From: Hemiscyllium ocellatum
Lineage: Eukaryota
Direction of reading: 5' to 3'
Length of the DNA stretch: 64,000 bases
NCBI RefSeq assembly: GCF_020745735.1
Contig: NC_083410.1
Coordinates: 41,824,117-41,888,116, forward strand
This document shows, in pieces, positions 25,808-40,161 of the stretch (the stretch's first letter is position 1; each line of letters starts with the position of its first letter). Position numbers and translations under genes: made by a program. Under the pieces are notes generated by a model. It saw only the letters and a list, made by a program, of their open reading frames with translations, made no database searches and had not been told where the DNA came from.

Positions 25808-28410
25808 CTGCCAAATTACCACCAACACATTTCCCGCCAGAGAATCAAACATTCTGGATCATTGCCACGCAACCTTCAAAGACACCTGCCGCTTTTATCC
25901 CCTGCCCACACTTCAGAAAATCAGATCACAGTACTGTGTTCATACTCCAGCTTACAAGCAGAAGCTCAAACGGGAGGACCCTTCACAAAAGGAATTCTGG
26001 TCCGAAGCAGTGGAAGACTGTTTCTGGGATTGTTTGACATTGGTGGAATGGACTGTGTTCAAGTACTCATCAGAAAACTAAGATGAGTACGCCAACACCA
26101 TCACGGACATCATTAGCACATGCATGGAAGACTGCATACATTGGACTTCAGTAAGGCGTTCAACAAGATTCCCCATGAGAGACTGGTTACAAGGTTAGAT
26201 CTCATGGAATACTGGGAGAACTAGCCATTTGGATACAGAACTGGCTTGAAGGTAGAAGACAGATGATGGTGCTGTTTTTCAGATTGAAGGTCTGTGACCG
26301 GTGGAGTGCTACAAGGATCAGTGCTGGGTCCACTATTTTTCTTCATTTATATAAATGATTTGGATGTGAACATAAGAGGTATAGTTAGTAAGTTTCCACA
26401 TGACGCCAAAATTGGAGGTGTAGTGGGCAGCAAAGAAGATTACCTCTGATGACAACAGGATCTTGATCAGATGGGCCATTGGGTTGAGGAGTGGCAAATG
26501 GTGTTTACTTTAGATAAATGCGAGGTGCTGCATTTTGGGAAAGCAAATCTTAGCAGGACTTATACACTTAATGGTAAGGTCCTAGGGAGTGTTGCTGAAT
26601 AAAGAGACCTTAGAATATAGGTTCATAGCTCCTTATAAGTGGAGTCACAGGTAGATAGGATAGTGAAGAAGGCATTTGGTATGTTTTACTTTATTGGTCA
26701 GAGTATTGAGTACAGGAGTTGGGCGGTCATGTTGCAGCTGTACAGTTCTTTGTTTAGGCCACTTTTGGAATGTGGCATGCAATTCTGGTCTCCTTCCTAT
26801 TGGAAGGATGTTATGAAACTTGAAAGAGTTCAGAAAAGCTTAACAAGGATGTCACCAGGATTGGAAGATTTGAGCTATAGGGAGAGGTTGAATAGGCTCG
26901 GGCTGTTTTTCCCTGGAGTGTTTGAGGCTGAGCGGAAACCTTCCAGAGGTTTATAAAATCATGAGGGGCATGGTTAGGATAAATAGACAAGGTCTTTTCC
27001 TTGGGATGGGGGAGTCCAGAACTAGAGGGCATAGGTTTAGGGTGAGAGGGGAAAGATTATAAAAGAGACCTAAGGGGCAACGTTTTCACACGTTGGAGGG
27101 TAGTACGTATATGGAATGAGCTGCCAGAGGAAATGGTGGAGGCTAGTACAATTGCAACATTTAAAAGGCATCTGGATGGGTAAATGACTAAGGAAGTGTT
27201 GGAGGGATATGGGCTTTGTGCTGGCAAGTGGGACTCGATTGGGTTGGGATATTTGCATGGACGAGTTGGACCGAAGGGTCTGTTTCCGTGCTATATATCT
27301 CTATAGGTCAATCTGAGTGTTCCTCAGCCATAAACCTTGGATGAACCTGGAAATCCACTCCCTACTGGAGGCCAGATATGCAGCATTCAAGTCAGATGAC
27401 TCAGATTAATACAAGAAATCCAGGTGTGATCTCCGCAAAACCATCAGGGATGCTCAGAGCCAGTTCTGGACTACGTTTGAGGCCTATATCTATGATACGG
27501 ACTCCTGTCACACCTATGGCAAGGCCTAAACAACATTATAGGATCCAAAATGAAGCAGAGCAAGATAGCAGATAAGACACATCCCTCCTTGACGTGCTCA
27601 CTTCTTTCTGTGCTCGGTTTGGGCAGAATGCCAGCGGTGTGGTGACGCCTGCCCCAACAGCCCTGTATAAGCCTGTTCTCTCTGTTGCTGCTGTGGACAT
27701 CAGATCGGTCTTCTTGGGGGTCAATCCAAGGAAAGTGACAGGCCCAGATGGTGTCCCAAGTCAAGCACTTGGATCCTGTGCCGACCGACTGGTGGAGGTA
27801 TTCACTGGCATCTTCAATCTATCCCTCCGACAAGCTGTTGTCCCAACCTGCTTTATGAACATTACTTTCATCCCCATGCCTAAGAAAGCACATATAGTGT
27901 GCCTTAATGACTACTGCCCAGTGGTTCTGACGTCCATAATCACGAAGTGCTTTGAGAGACTGGTAATGGCCCACATCAGCTCAAGCCTCCCAGCCTGCCT
28001 TGATCCCCTGCAAGTTGCTTACTGATGTAACAGGTTCACAGTGGATGCCATATCCCTAGCTCTGCACTGGAACATTATCAAGGACACTTACATCAAACTC
28101 CTGCTAATTGACTACAGCTTTGCCTTCACCACCATTATCACCTCCAGGCTGATCTCAAAACTCTGACCTTGGTCTCAGCTCTGCTCTCTGCAACTGGATC
28201 AAGAGACTGGAATCAGTGAAGTTAAGTAACCACACCTCCTCCACGATAACACTCAACACTGGAGCACCACCCCTTGTATGCCTTGTGCAATGTTACCTGT
28301 ATGCCTCTGTCCAAATCTTTTTTTCTGTACATCAATGCTTGCTATGATTGGCCTGTACTGCTCATAAACAAAGATTTTCACTGAATTTCGGTACAAGTGA
28401 CAATAAATAA
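25808..28410 (+). mobile_element. Decayed Rex1/Babar-type LINE split by a CR1 fragment
   Basis: GPDGVP...IFNLSL.QAVVPTCF...PKK...CLNDYCPVVLTSIITKCFERLV (27594-28025); endonuclease remnant with SDH near 25920. Confidence 0.8.
26140..27304 (+). mobile_element. CR1 LINE 3' fragment nested in Rex1
   Basis: RT C-terminal remnants (DFSKAF.K, QGSVLGP, RPLLE...QFWSP, LERVQK); 3' tail ctatatatctctat. Confidence 0.88.
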
Positions 28411-28993
28411 ATAAATCCATCAATCATGTTTACTCAGTCGTTCATGGTTTATCTAGTCTTGGCTTCAATTCCACTTTGTTTCCCATAGTACTTGAATAGC
28501 CTATTGTTCAAACAAAACCTCTGCCTTCAATATATTTAATGGTCCAGCCTCCTCAACTTTCCAGAGGTAGATTTCATACTTTCTCAGAGGAAAAGAATAC
28601 CTTCTCTGTTTTATGTGACTGACTCTTTCTTTTAAGTGATGCACTCGAGTTTTAGATACCCCTTACAGAGGAAGTATCCTTTCAGCAACTCACTTTTCAA
28701 GTCCTGTCAGAATTTTGTATGTCTTAGTGAGATCACCTCTCATTCTTCTGAACTCTAATAAGTTGAAATCCTGACTCCTCTTACAAGCAATTCTTTCATC
28801 CCGCAAAGCAAACTGATGAACAGTCTCTGAAAAGAACTCCAAATTTAAAGTATGCTCTCACTAACATTGTGAATGGGTTTCTAAGCCCCTGGATCTTTGG
28901 TCCATTAATAGTGACACTGGTATCCATGCAAATGAATGATGGTGCAAATTTCTTGAAGGGATATTTTTGTTAATTCCATCATTTTCATTTTAG

Positions 28994-29101
28994 GAATTGC
29001 CATCCCAAGATGTAGATGAAGGTTTAATTGAAGCTGGTCAATCAGAAGAAGTGTTGAAGTATTCCTGTCCAGCTCAGTACAGCCACATCAAGGAAGATGA
29101 G
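28994..29101 (+). CDS. BPNT1: BPNT1 coding exon 3
   Basis: ELPSQDVDEGLIE...CPAQYSHIKEDE; 108 nt. Confidence 0.93.
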
Positions 29102-30292
29102 GTGAAATGTAACTAATTTAAGAAAATGTGAATGATATATAAGAAGAAAAGCTAGTTTCTTGCCTTGGCTTAAGACTCTGTTTTAATTTCTGAATAGTGT
29201 ATGTAGATCTGGTTTTGAAAACTGGCACAGGGATTAAGTATTTATTGGAAGTGAAATGTTTGTGTTCAGTTTGAAAGATTCCTGTTAAGGTGGCTGTGGA
29301 GTGACATTGACAGATTGCCTCAGCTCTGAGTGGCATTCTGATTGAAGATCCAAGGCACGTGACTTCAAAGGAAGGGAAAAATGTGATCTCCCTTGTCCTA
29401 AATAGAAAATCCCAATACTTGAATTTAAATTGCAATCTCTGATTGTTTCACTCGTCCAATCTGCATGGATCAGATATAGCAGCCAATTGCAGTGGGGACG
29501 CTGTTGCAATATTCCTGGATGTGTCTACACAGTCCAGGAATCCCATAGATGAAGCAGTTCGATTCTTCTGTCCTCTGATAGGAATTACAACACTGCACAT
29601 GATTGTTTCTGTACTTCACGTATTCCAGTTCTTGTGGATGGACCTTGGATTTGTTCCACTGAGCAGAAGCTGAGGATGGCGCCTCTGTTTATATTGTGTT
29701 TACTCGTGCTGTCAGATTTGCTCAAGGACAGTTAACCTACAACTGCTGAAGATTTAGTAATGTTGGCAAGGATGTGGAAACATTTAATTTTACTATCAAT
29801 AAGTTGAAACAAGCTGAAGTGGTTTTGGAACATAAGTGGGTATAAATGGCATCAGTCACCCTACTCTGCTTGGATGGCGTTATCGACCCCAATAATCCCT
29901 CTGCTGGGGTCACATCCATCAAATCTGGTGGTTGTCTGCCAGATTATTTTTTTTCTCTGTCCCTGGAATTCTCGGCTGTCTCTTGCAAAGGAGTGTGGAG
30001 TAGTGTAAGTAGTAGCAAGTGAGGATGTGAACTTCTTTTGCTCATTGTCTCTTAGGTGAAAGTCAAAATTGGGCAGGCCTCATGGATGAAGTGCCATACA
30101 ATGAAAGTGGTTGCAGTGTGATTGAACACTATCTGTTGCAGAATAGAAATCAGGATTATCATGTGTATATTCCATATGTGCGTACAAATGGCACTGAAAA
30201 AATAGCAGAAATAACAGCTGTGTTGTTATTTTGTGTATTTCTGTATCCTTCTAGATGCTTATCTAACAGAATAATTCAATATGCTTTTTCAG

Positions 30293-30341
30293 ATCGTGGT
30301 TTGGGTTGATCCACTTGATGGCACAAAGGAATACACCGAAG
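30293..30341 (+). CDS. BPNT1: BPNT1 coding exon 4 (DPLDGT metal-binding motif)
   Basis: IVVWVDPLDGTKEYTEG, the inositol-monophosphatase family signature; 49 nt. Confidence 0.97.
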
Positions 30342-30906
30342 GTAAACATGTGCTCGTTTTAGTATCATCTGGGTTCATCTTTTGTATTTTTCATGATGTT
30401 ATCAAACAGAAAGAGAAATGTAAAACCAAGGAAATTATTAGACTCTAAACCACTTGAAGTGGATAGACCTACATTAATGAACTCTTGGACGTTTTATCCA
30501 GACTACATTCCACCTGAGGGAAAGTTTTGGCTTTTGGGTGCCATAAAATGTCATCGTGTTTCTTCTACCTCTTGTACAATATATGTTGACTGCAAATACT
30601 AAATGTTCTATTTTTCAGTTTGGGGTAGAGAAAGGCCAGCAGTCTTATCTATTAGGATATTTCTTTTCTTATATCATAATTAAATTAGTAGTTGCTTTCA
30701 CGATTAAGTCAGATTTGCTGAAACACATTTTGGGTTTGATTTTCTTTCAAGTTACCATTTGAATACATTTTTTAATAAAATTCTATTTTGTTCCATGGTG
30801 AATGTTCCAAGAGCTCTTGGCTAACATGAACAGGTATCTCTTTCATTGAGCAGCTGAATTCACTTTTGATTTTAGGCTTAAACTAATTGAATGTTTTGAT
30901 CTGCAG

Positions 30907-30998
30907 GCCTCCTGGATCATGTGACTGTGCTTATTGGAATTGCTTATGATGGTAAAGCAATAGCTGGTGTAATCAATCAGCCATATTACAATTATCAG
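30907..30998 (+). CDS. BPNT1: BPNT1 coding exon 5
   Basis: [30 protein letters not shown]; 92 nt. Confidence 0.97.
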
Positions 30999-31044
30999 GT
31001 ATGATCTTTAAAAAGTTAACTTTTTTTTTCAAATCCAGCTGCTT

Positions 31045-31326
31045 TAGATTAGATTACTTACAGTGTGGAAACAAGCCCTTTGGCCCAACAAATCCACACC
31101 GACACACAACCCACCCAGACCCATTCCCCTACACCTAACACCACAGGCAATTTAGCATGGCCAATTCACCTAACCTGCACATTTTTGGATTGTGGGAGGA
31201 AACTGGAGCAAACCCACACAGACACGGGGAGAATGTGCAAACTCCACACAGTTTGAGGCGGGAACTGAACCTGGGTCTCTGGTACTGTGAGGCAGTAGTG
31301 CTAACCACTGTGCCACCGTGCCACCC
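31045..31326 (-). mobile_element. V-SINE (HE1-like)
   Basis: ttagattagattacttacagtgtggaaac tail; ACCACTGTGCCACCGTGCC head. Confidence 0.85.
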
Positions 31327-32183
31327 ACTATTTCTGAAGGCTCTTGTCGAGCAAACTGCTCATCTCAATAATAGAGCAATGTGATTGAATGTTATTGAAT
31401 GCAATTTGGTACTCTTCTTTTTCCATCATAGATAGTGACTTAGCGGCATCAGTATCTCCTAATGTGTTTGCCACCTTTTTTTCACTCCTGCCATTCACAA
31501 TCTTTTCACTTGAACGTAGCTGCTCATAAATTATTGAAGTTGCTGAGGCAATTTCATAACAAACTCATTTTGAAAGTTCATCGAGTTGAGCCATTAACTT
31601 TGATTCTCGCTGCATGGATGCTCACTGACCTGTTGAGTGTTTCCAGCATCTTCTCTGTATGATTTGAAGCATTAGCTTAATTTTACAGCTGATTTATGCT
31701 CTAGTCCTAGTTGTGCTGATGTATAGAGAGGAATAAAGAACCAGTGGTCCAAGTCTGATTTAAAGCACTTTTTTATCTGTTAGTGGAAGCCCAAGCCCAA
31801 TTTATTTTCAGATATTGATATAATGAACTGACAAAACATCATCAAAAATCATGTCAAAGATTTAACAAGTCTAAAAGTGTGCTATTGTGTGTAACACACA
31901 AGCAATGACTCACATTTTTGCTTCCTCAAGTCTGAAGAAATAAAGTTTACATATAAATAAAGTTTTTGAAGCAGCTTTTGTCCACTGCAGCTTTCTTTTC
32001 AGCACATACTGGTTCAAGGAAAAACTGGAGAAAATTGCTTCTTGAGTTGCTTACATTCAGCATAGTAAATGATTAGAATGTGAAATGAGTGAAAATTAAT
32101 TTCAGAAAGCAAATTATATGCCAGAAGAAAAATGCTCACTTTGTGTGTAATGTATTACTTTTGAAAGCATAATTTTCTTCCAG

Positions 32184-32381
32184 GCTGGAGCTGGTGCTGT
32201 TCTTGGTCGGACCATTTGGGGTGTTCTGAATCTTGGAGTGTTTGGAATTCAATTGAAGGAAGTGCCAGAAGGGAAACATATCATCATTACAACTCGTTCC
32301 CACAGCAGTAGGCTGGTAAATGACTGTGTCTGTGCGATGAACGCTGATGAAGTAATAAGGGTTGGAGGAGCTGGTAACAAG
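32184..32381 (+). CDS. BPNT1: BPNT1 coding exon 6
   Basis: LGRTIWG...TTRSHSS...RVGGAGNK; 198 nt. Confidence 0.97.
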
Positions 32382-35300
32382 GTACTTATTGAAGCAACAT
32401 AATACTTAAATAACTTTGAAAATGTCATATTTAATTTTTGTTACATAAATTTTACTTCATTTTGACCTTTCTTTGGGCCACAGCGATTAAAGCACATGGT
32501 CAAAAATCTTGTTCAAACGTGTAGCTTTCAAGTAGTATATTAAAGGGGGAGAAGAGACGCAGCGATGTCTTTGGAGGAAACTCCAGATCGTGGTGATTTG
32601 GTTGCTGAAAGCATTGGAGTAATTAAAATTGGGAATGTTCAGGAGTTAGAAGCTCAGAAATCTTGGAAAGTCGTGGGTCTGGCCTTTGTGAAAATTGGAA
32701 ACGAAAGATCAGAAATTTGAAATAGAGGCAATTTGTGACCAGGAGCCAGTGTAGGTCAATGAACATGAGGATGCTAGGTGAATGAGTAGCAGGATTGGAT
32801 GATCTTAAGTTTGTGGAAAGGAGACAGTAGCAGATTATCTGGCAGTTGATTAGAATACTCAAGTCCCGAGGTCATTAAATCCATGGGTGAGGGTTTCAGC
32901 AGCGGATAAGCTGAAGTGGATCAGAGATGGGTGATATTATGAGAGTGGAAATTGGCAGTCCTGGTTATGGCATGGACTTGTGGTTGGAATATCATCTTGG
33001 AATATCAGCTATGCCACTGACGTTATAAACAGATGTAAGACAGTTTCGAAGGACAGGGGTGGAGTCGGTGGCCAAACAGTTTGTGGCCTGTACTTTGTGA
33101 CGTCTTACTTCCCAATGGTTTGGATGGTGGATGTTCTGCTCAATACTGGATGACAGCCTGGCAATTTAGAAGCAGTGGAAGGTCAGGTAACATAGAGCTG
33201 CCAGTATGCATGTGGAAGATGATAGGTTTAGGCCTTCTGTATTTGAATGGCAACATTTAGGTGAGAATAAAATATGCAAAAGATTCTTGGGGGACATGGG
33301 AAGTAACAATTCTGGAATGGGGAAGAGAAGTCATTTTTCTAATTATATGAAAACTTAAGAACAGGAGTAGGTTGTTCAGCACATTGAGTATACTCAACCA
33401 TTCAATAAGATTATTGCTGATCTGATTATGGCCATAGATCCACATGATTCCCTTGCTGATCAGTAATTTGCCGAACATAGCCTTGAATGTATTCAATGAC
33501 TCAATTTCTTCTGATCTCTGAGATAAAGAATTTCATAGACGATTGTTCCTCCTGATCACAGTTTTAAATAATATCCTCTTATTTTTAAATTAGACCTCCT
33601 AGTTCAAGATTTTCCAGTTAAGGGAAGCATCCGCTCAACATCTATTCTGTCAAACCCCATCAGAATTTTGTATGTTTCAGTATGAACACCTTCATTACAA
33701 ATAGAAATAGGCCGTTTGGCATCTCAAGCCTGCTTTGCCATTCACTAAGATCATGGCTGATTTGTTTATATTTTGAATTCCACGTTGCCATCTACCGCCC
33801 ATAATCCTTGATTTTCATGTCTAGTAAGAATTTGTCTACCTTCAACTTAAAAATATTCAGTAATTCCCAGTTCCACCATCTTACAAGGAGTTCCAGTGTT
33901 GCACTCCCTCTGTCCTAAAAGGGTAACCTCAGATTCTTAATCAGCCCCCTAGTTCTGAACTCAGCCACAAGAGGAGATATCCCTTCTATGTCCATGTCAA
34001 CACAAGTAAAGATCTTACACACCAGTCAAGTTTCACCTCACCCTTCTATACGCAATGGAAATAAGCCCAGTCTGTCCAACGTTTTCCTCATGACAAACCC
34101 TGTATTTCAGTTATCACTCCAGTTGAACTTCTCTGATGGGTTGCAACACATTTACAGCCTCCCTTTGTCATGACTCTGAGGTAGTGCATTGGAAAGCAAG
34201 CCTCACTATTTGTGGAATTGTCACAGTGTGAAAATCTGATTCATCCATTGAATTGCTTAACTTTAATTATCTGTCTAATTTAGATTATATTACCTACTTG
34301 CCAGTTTATTGGAATCTTTCCAATATCCAGTGAATTTTGGAAAATTATCAGCAACTACTAGTTGCTAACTAATTAGCCATCTCTTTTCAGACCCGAGGAG
34401 GAAGTCCATCAGGACCTGGGTACTTGTCAGCCTGCAATTCAATTAGTTTGTTCATCACTGCTTTCACTGTGATTGTAATTTCACTGAATTCCTGTCTCCA
34501 GTTATTACTGGAATGTTTTTGTATCCTCGCTAGTGAAGAAGGCAAGATACTTATCATTTTAGCCACCATTTCCATGTTATCTATTACTGATATCCCATTC
34601 TCACTCTCAAACTTCTCTTGACTGACTTTCCTTTTCAAATACCAGTAAAAATTCTGGCCATCTGTTTTTGCATTTTCTAGCTAGCTTCCTTTCATTTTAT
34701 AATTTCTTTCTCCTGATCATTCTCTGCTTTTCTTTCTCTGCTGACTAATTGTCTGATCTGCCCCTCATATTTGTGTAATCATATGCTTTTCCTTTAGTTT
34801 GATGTTTTCATTTACAGCTTTAATTATTTATAGATGACGGACCTTCCGCTTAGATTTTCTCTTTATGGTAAGAATAATATACTTATTCTGGGTTTCCAGA
34901 AATATCACTTTAAATGTCTGTCACAAATGATCTAACTCCTAACTTAGTATCTCAGTGTGCTCTTCTTAATTCAGGTTTCACATCCATTATTACTTCAGTT
35001 TATAATTCTAGTCTTAGACCCGCTCTTCTCTCTTCCAAACTGGGTATAAAATTCAATTATGTTTTGATCACTGCTGTCTAGGGCTGTCTACTCTGCCATC
35101 ATTATTCCTGTTACATTACACAGTGATAATTCCTTACAGCAGCATTTCTGAAACAATCTCGGAAATATTCTATGAACTCCTCACGCAGGCACCTATTTCA
35201 AACTTTCCCAGTTTATATGTAGATTACAATTTTTTTTGATTATTGTATCTTTTTTAACACAAGTACTCAATATTTCTTATAGTATACTTTATCCCACATT

Positions 35301-35492
35301 GTCGCTACTGTTAGGGGCCTGTTGATCACTCCCACTAATGACAACTTTCCCCTACTAATTCTCATGTCCACAGAAACCAATTCTACATCTTGATCTACTC
35401 GACCAAGGTGGTCTCTAACCATTGTACCAGTGGCATCCTTGATTATCAATGCTATCCTTCTACCCTTACTGAGCTTCCTATTTTTCTTCAGT

Positions 35493-36022
35493 GTCTATGA
35501 TATGGAGGAGCTGGTGTTGGATTGGGATAGACAAAGTTAAAAATCTCACAACACCAGATTATAGACTAACAGGTTTATTTGAAAGCACAAGCTTTCGGAG
35601 CGTCTATGATATGGAGGAGCTGGTGTTGGATTGGGATAGACAAAGTTAAAAATCTCACAACACCAGGTTATAGACTAACAGGTTTATTTGAAAGCACAAG
35701 CTTTCGGAGTGCTGCTCTTTCATCAGTAGCTAGTGGGGCAGGATCATAGGAGAATGAATTTATAGTAAAAGATCAAAATGTCATGCAACTGATTGAACAA
35801 ATCCATATTGTTGTTAAATCAATCAAAATATGTATCCCCATTCTAAGTAATTAAAGACTTAACAGCAATTTAGGTTTGTTCAATACATCACATCTTTTAC
35901 TATAAATTCTGTGTCCAATGATCCTGCCCCACTAGCTACCAGATGAAGGAGCAGCGCTTGAAAGTTTGTAATTTCAAATAAACCTGTTGGACTATAACCT
36001 GATGTTTTGTGAGTTTTAACTT
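35493..36022. mobile_element. Fold-back Penelope-derived element with a 109-bp tandem duplication
   Basis: Left arm (35640-35780) is inverted against right arm (35890-36022); 35493-35601 is duplicated at 35602-35710. Confidence 0.75.
35695..35730 (-). ncRNA. Minimal hammerhead ribozyme relic (core intact, stems weakened)
   Basis: GCUA-CUGAUGA-A-AGAG-CAGCA-CUCC-GAAA-G-CUU-GUG. Confidence 0.6.
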
Positions 36023-37372
36023 CTTCAATGTCGTATGCCCCGTAATATTCAGGACCCAATCTATGTCATTTTGCAGCCCACCTATATCCCTGTAACGAAT
36101 GTCAAATGATAGTGCACATTGAAGTAAATAAATATCAATTCATATAACTTAAGGATACTATGTGCATTCAGATACAGAACCTTTAACCTTGTCTTCTCAT
36201 TATCTTTGTTACATGTAGTCTTGACTGCTAGTGTATTGTATTAGTATTGGAGATTATTACTGTTGATGTTTCCTCTTCAACGTGGTGCTTAGCTGCTCAT
36301 ATTCCCTGAGTAGAACTTCTTTCCAAGTCCTATGTTATTGGTACTTGCATCGCCCATGAGAACTGGATCCACCTTCTTCTACTGTAAGTTCCTATTCAGC
36401 TCTGAGCAGGTGTCCAGAATCCTTGTACTACATAAGCAACAATCCTTGGCTACATCCTGAAACAAGGTGCCCTGGTCAATCCACTTTTCCTTCCTACACA
36501 CTTGTTTTGATCTGTTTACGTGAGCCCCTCAAATTTGTTAGATATTTGCAAGGGCTGAGGCCCCTGCAGTACAATATTCTCTAACCTTTTGCGGCCACAC
36601 CCTCCTGTTCTTACTCCAGATGGATTCGGACTGCTCTATGCTTTGGAATGTGACTGCCTTCCTGAATCCAGAAGTTCCCACATTACATCGTTGCAATACA
36701 ACAGGTGTGCCATCACTGAACAGATTAATTCAATGTAATTTGTTAATGGAATCAGTCATTTGAAATAAATTACTATTCTTAGCCACAGTTTTAAAGAATC
36801 TATTAAATCTGATACCATTTTACTCTCTAATACTACATGCTCTGTAAAAAAGCAGGTGATTGTTTCAGGACTCAGAAGAAAAGAGTCCTATTGGACTCAG
36901 TGTTAACTCTGTTTTTCTCTCCATAGCTGCTGCCAGAGCCAGCACTTCCTGTTTTTATTTCAGATCTCCAGCATCAAACCTACTTGAAGGATTCAAACAT
37001 GAATTCAGCCCTTTCCAGCTTCCATCTTTTGATTTCTTTAATACATTGCTTTTAATAACTTCTAGGTATCAATATTAATGTATTTGTCTATTTATGGATC
37101 TTCCCTAACTCCAGTGTCCTTAAGCAGGCTATTTGCACAATCCTTTTGTGTGAAGCATGTAACTACAGAACAGTTTACAAGACTCCTGTAAAAACAACCT
37201 TTATTTTTGGTATATATTTAAAATTAAACATATGCCATTTTGTAGCCACTGAATTGGTACAATCCAAGTTGGTTAGGAAAGTCAGTTCCAGCCCCTTCCC
37301 CTACTTTACTGAATTCCCACACTAACCAATCTTCTAAGCTTTGAGATTTCCATTTTTTTCCAGTATATATGT

Positions 37373-38007
37373 TGTCACAAAGCTGGTCCTTTTTTCTAAA
37401 AGCTGTTCCTTTTCTCAAGGATACTGTGTCCTTGGTTTTCTCCAGAGGGGTCATTAATAGGCTGGGCTCCAAAATGGCTGGATTTGGTAACGAGATGAAA
37501 GTCCTTTTTTGTTTATATGTAAACAGATGAGTCTTTAGGCTAAAGCTTTTATGCTTTTTTAAGTAACCTGTATAAGTCAAAGAGGCGTGGCCAGTACTCT
37601 AGCGGAGAGGTTCAGTCCAGAATGAATTCGGGAGTTCAGCTGTGGAACTGTGTGAAAACAGGCTGCTAGAATCTCTCTCCTTCTGCCCTTCTAACTTCAA
37701 CCTATAAACCTTTGTTTCATTTTTACTGTGTTTAAGGGATTTGCTTACTGGGACTGTTGTGTATATTCGGAACAGCATAATTAAATCTAGTTTGGATAGA
37801 CTAAGTTCTGTAGAGATTCTTTATTCTGTTCCTTGTGTTTTATTGTGTAATTTGGGGAATAGATTTTTGTCTATTTTAAAACCTGGTAGTCAACCTAGCT
37901 AACTTACTCCAGGTGATTTTCACTGTACACTTACCAAAACAAATTGCAAAGTTATGGTCTGGGCTGCCTGCTTAAGAATATTGAGTAGTCTGGCCTAGTC
38001 CATAACA
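37373..38007 (+). mobile_element. Solo LTR (copy 3)
   Basis: TGTCAC...CCATAACA termini, TSD ATGT (37369-37372 and 38008-38011). Confidence 0.82.
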
Positions 38008-38974
38008 ATGTATATTAAAATCTTATGTTATTATTGTCTCTTTTTTTCCTACAAGTATTCAATATTTCTTGTAGTGTACTTTATCCCACACTAACCAATC
38101 TCCTAAGCTTTGAGGTGAGGTCACCTGTCATGCTCTGTCAAAGGCTGTACAGGAGCAACAAGGATGAGGAGTGATAGTGTTCTTGCACCACTGTCCTGAT
38201 TTATGAATTTGACAGCTGTTTCTCCATGGCAGGCCAGAAACCTATTTGAAGATTCGAACATGAATTCAGCTCTTTCCAGCTTCCATCTTTTGATTTCTTT
38301 ACTATAAGTTCTGAAATAAAATATAACATGTAATGTAATATAAGTGTACATTATCCTTTTTTGAATTCTCTGCAAACTTGGATATGATCAACCTTAGCAA
38401 TTTTCTTCAGTTGCTTCTCTTGCGTAATTCAACTCAACAGAGTTGCAAATGCTTGCTTCCACTCTTACTGATTTGAATATATTGAGACTATCCTTCTTTC
38501 TCCTATTTATGATGTGAATTTTGAAGGTCTATCCTCAACTCCTTCCATTCCATATAGCTGACTTCTAACAACATCATCTCTCAGTTGTGAGTTGCCTTCC
38601 TCTTGTGTATGAGGTTAACACCATAGCTAAATCTACAATCCTTCACAGTGTTGCACTCTTCTTCTAGTATCTCATTTTGGATTCTTATGCATTCTTCTTT
38701 GAGGGGAAATTCAGGGAATAATTTTCAGTTTCTGGACATTGAAGACCACTTTCCTTAGCTGTACCAGATTGTTTGCAACCTCAGTCTGTGTTTAGCCCCG
38801 GTTTAGTTTCTAATCTCATGCTATTTCCATCACGAATATTTCTTACCTCCACCTCTAATATTGCGATTGCTGCAACCATAACCTTCATACATACCTTGCA
38901 TTAATATGAAGTGTTGTCTTATTGTGTGCTCTCCAAAGTTAGTTAACTTGTTGTTTGTGTTTTCCTTTTGATAG

Positions 38975-39080
38975 GTCATACAGCTCATTGAAGGGAAGGC
39001 CTCGGCTTATGTATTTGCTAGTCCTGGCTGTAAGAAATGGGATACCTGTGCTCCTGAGGCTATCCTTCATGCTGTTTCAG
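38975..39080 (+). CDS. BPNT1: BPNT1 coding exon 7
   Basis: [36 protein letters not shown]; 106 nt. Confidence 0.97.
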
Positions 39081-40012
39081 GTATTTGTTTCTTTATATTA
39101 TTAAATCTGAATCAGCCTCAAAATAAAATTTACAAGCAAATCATGGAAGAAAATATAACCACAGTGTGGACTTGCCCAGCTTGATAATTTGATTATCAAA
39201 GAGCCAGTCAAACTTGGCTCCAAGTTATGATTGCAGGGTATGATCTTGGAACTAAATTTAACTTACAGATTAAATGGCACTTTTGAACTGTCTGAAAAAT
39301 ATGAACATTCCCTCCTTATCCTCCATGACCTGGATGCAGCCTTTGACACGGTTGACTGCATTACCTTTTTGGACTGCCTCTTCTCTGTCGTCTGACTGCT
39401 GTCACACAGTTCCATTCTTATTTATCTAGTCACAAGCAGAAAATCACTTGCAGTCTCTTGTCTTTTTCTCCATACATTCCTATCTTTCATGTTCCCAAGG
39501 ATCTGTCATGGTTCCCTTTCCTGTTTCTCATCTGCATGCTGCCCAGAGATAATTTGAAACAGTTATTTTTCACATTTTAGACATCGACACCCAGATGTAC
39601 CTCACATCAATTCTATTAACTCCTCCACTTATGCTGCTTTGTTATACTGCTTTTCCAATATCTAAACCTTAATGAACAGAAGTTTCCTCCAATTAAATGT
39701 CTTCTCTATTCCTTTCCCATAGACTCTGTCCCTCTTCCCTAGCAGCAATCTGAGATTAAACCAGTCTCTTTAGAATTAGTGTCACGTTTGAAGCCATAAT
39801 GTGCTTCTAATCACACTTTACACTTGTTTTTAACCACTATAACATCACCATACAGAGTCTAGTTCTTAGAACCTTTATTAGATTCAGGAGATATCAACAA
39901 GGTACTCTCTGAGCGAACCAATTCCAATAGATGCAAAAAAAGCAGCTAAAGATGATAAATAACAAATTGTCTTGTTAGACAAACTTTTTATTGTAATTAT
40001 TTTTACTCCTAG

Positions 40013-40161
40013 GTAAACTGACAGATATTCATGGAAATCCTTTGCAATATCATAAAGATGTGAAGTATATGAACTCGGGTGGAGTCCTTGCAACTTTAAG
40101 GAACTTTGACTATTATGCAAGCCGTGTTCCTGACTCTGTTAAAAAGGAACTAGTTCCCTAA
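40013..40161 (+). CDS. BPNT1: BPNT1 last coding exon (stop TAA)
   Basis: [13 protein letters not shown]...[29 protein letters not shown]. The eight exons sum to 930 nt, i.e. 309 aa plus stop. Confidence 0.96.

Larger units (their letters stand above)
33350..36720 (-). mobile_element. Degraded CR1 fragments in BPNT1 intron 6
   Basis: DKYPGPDGLPPRV and endonuclease remnants (ORFs 34387-34638 and 35267-35449). Confidence 0.6.
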
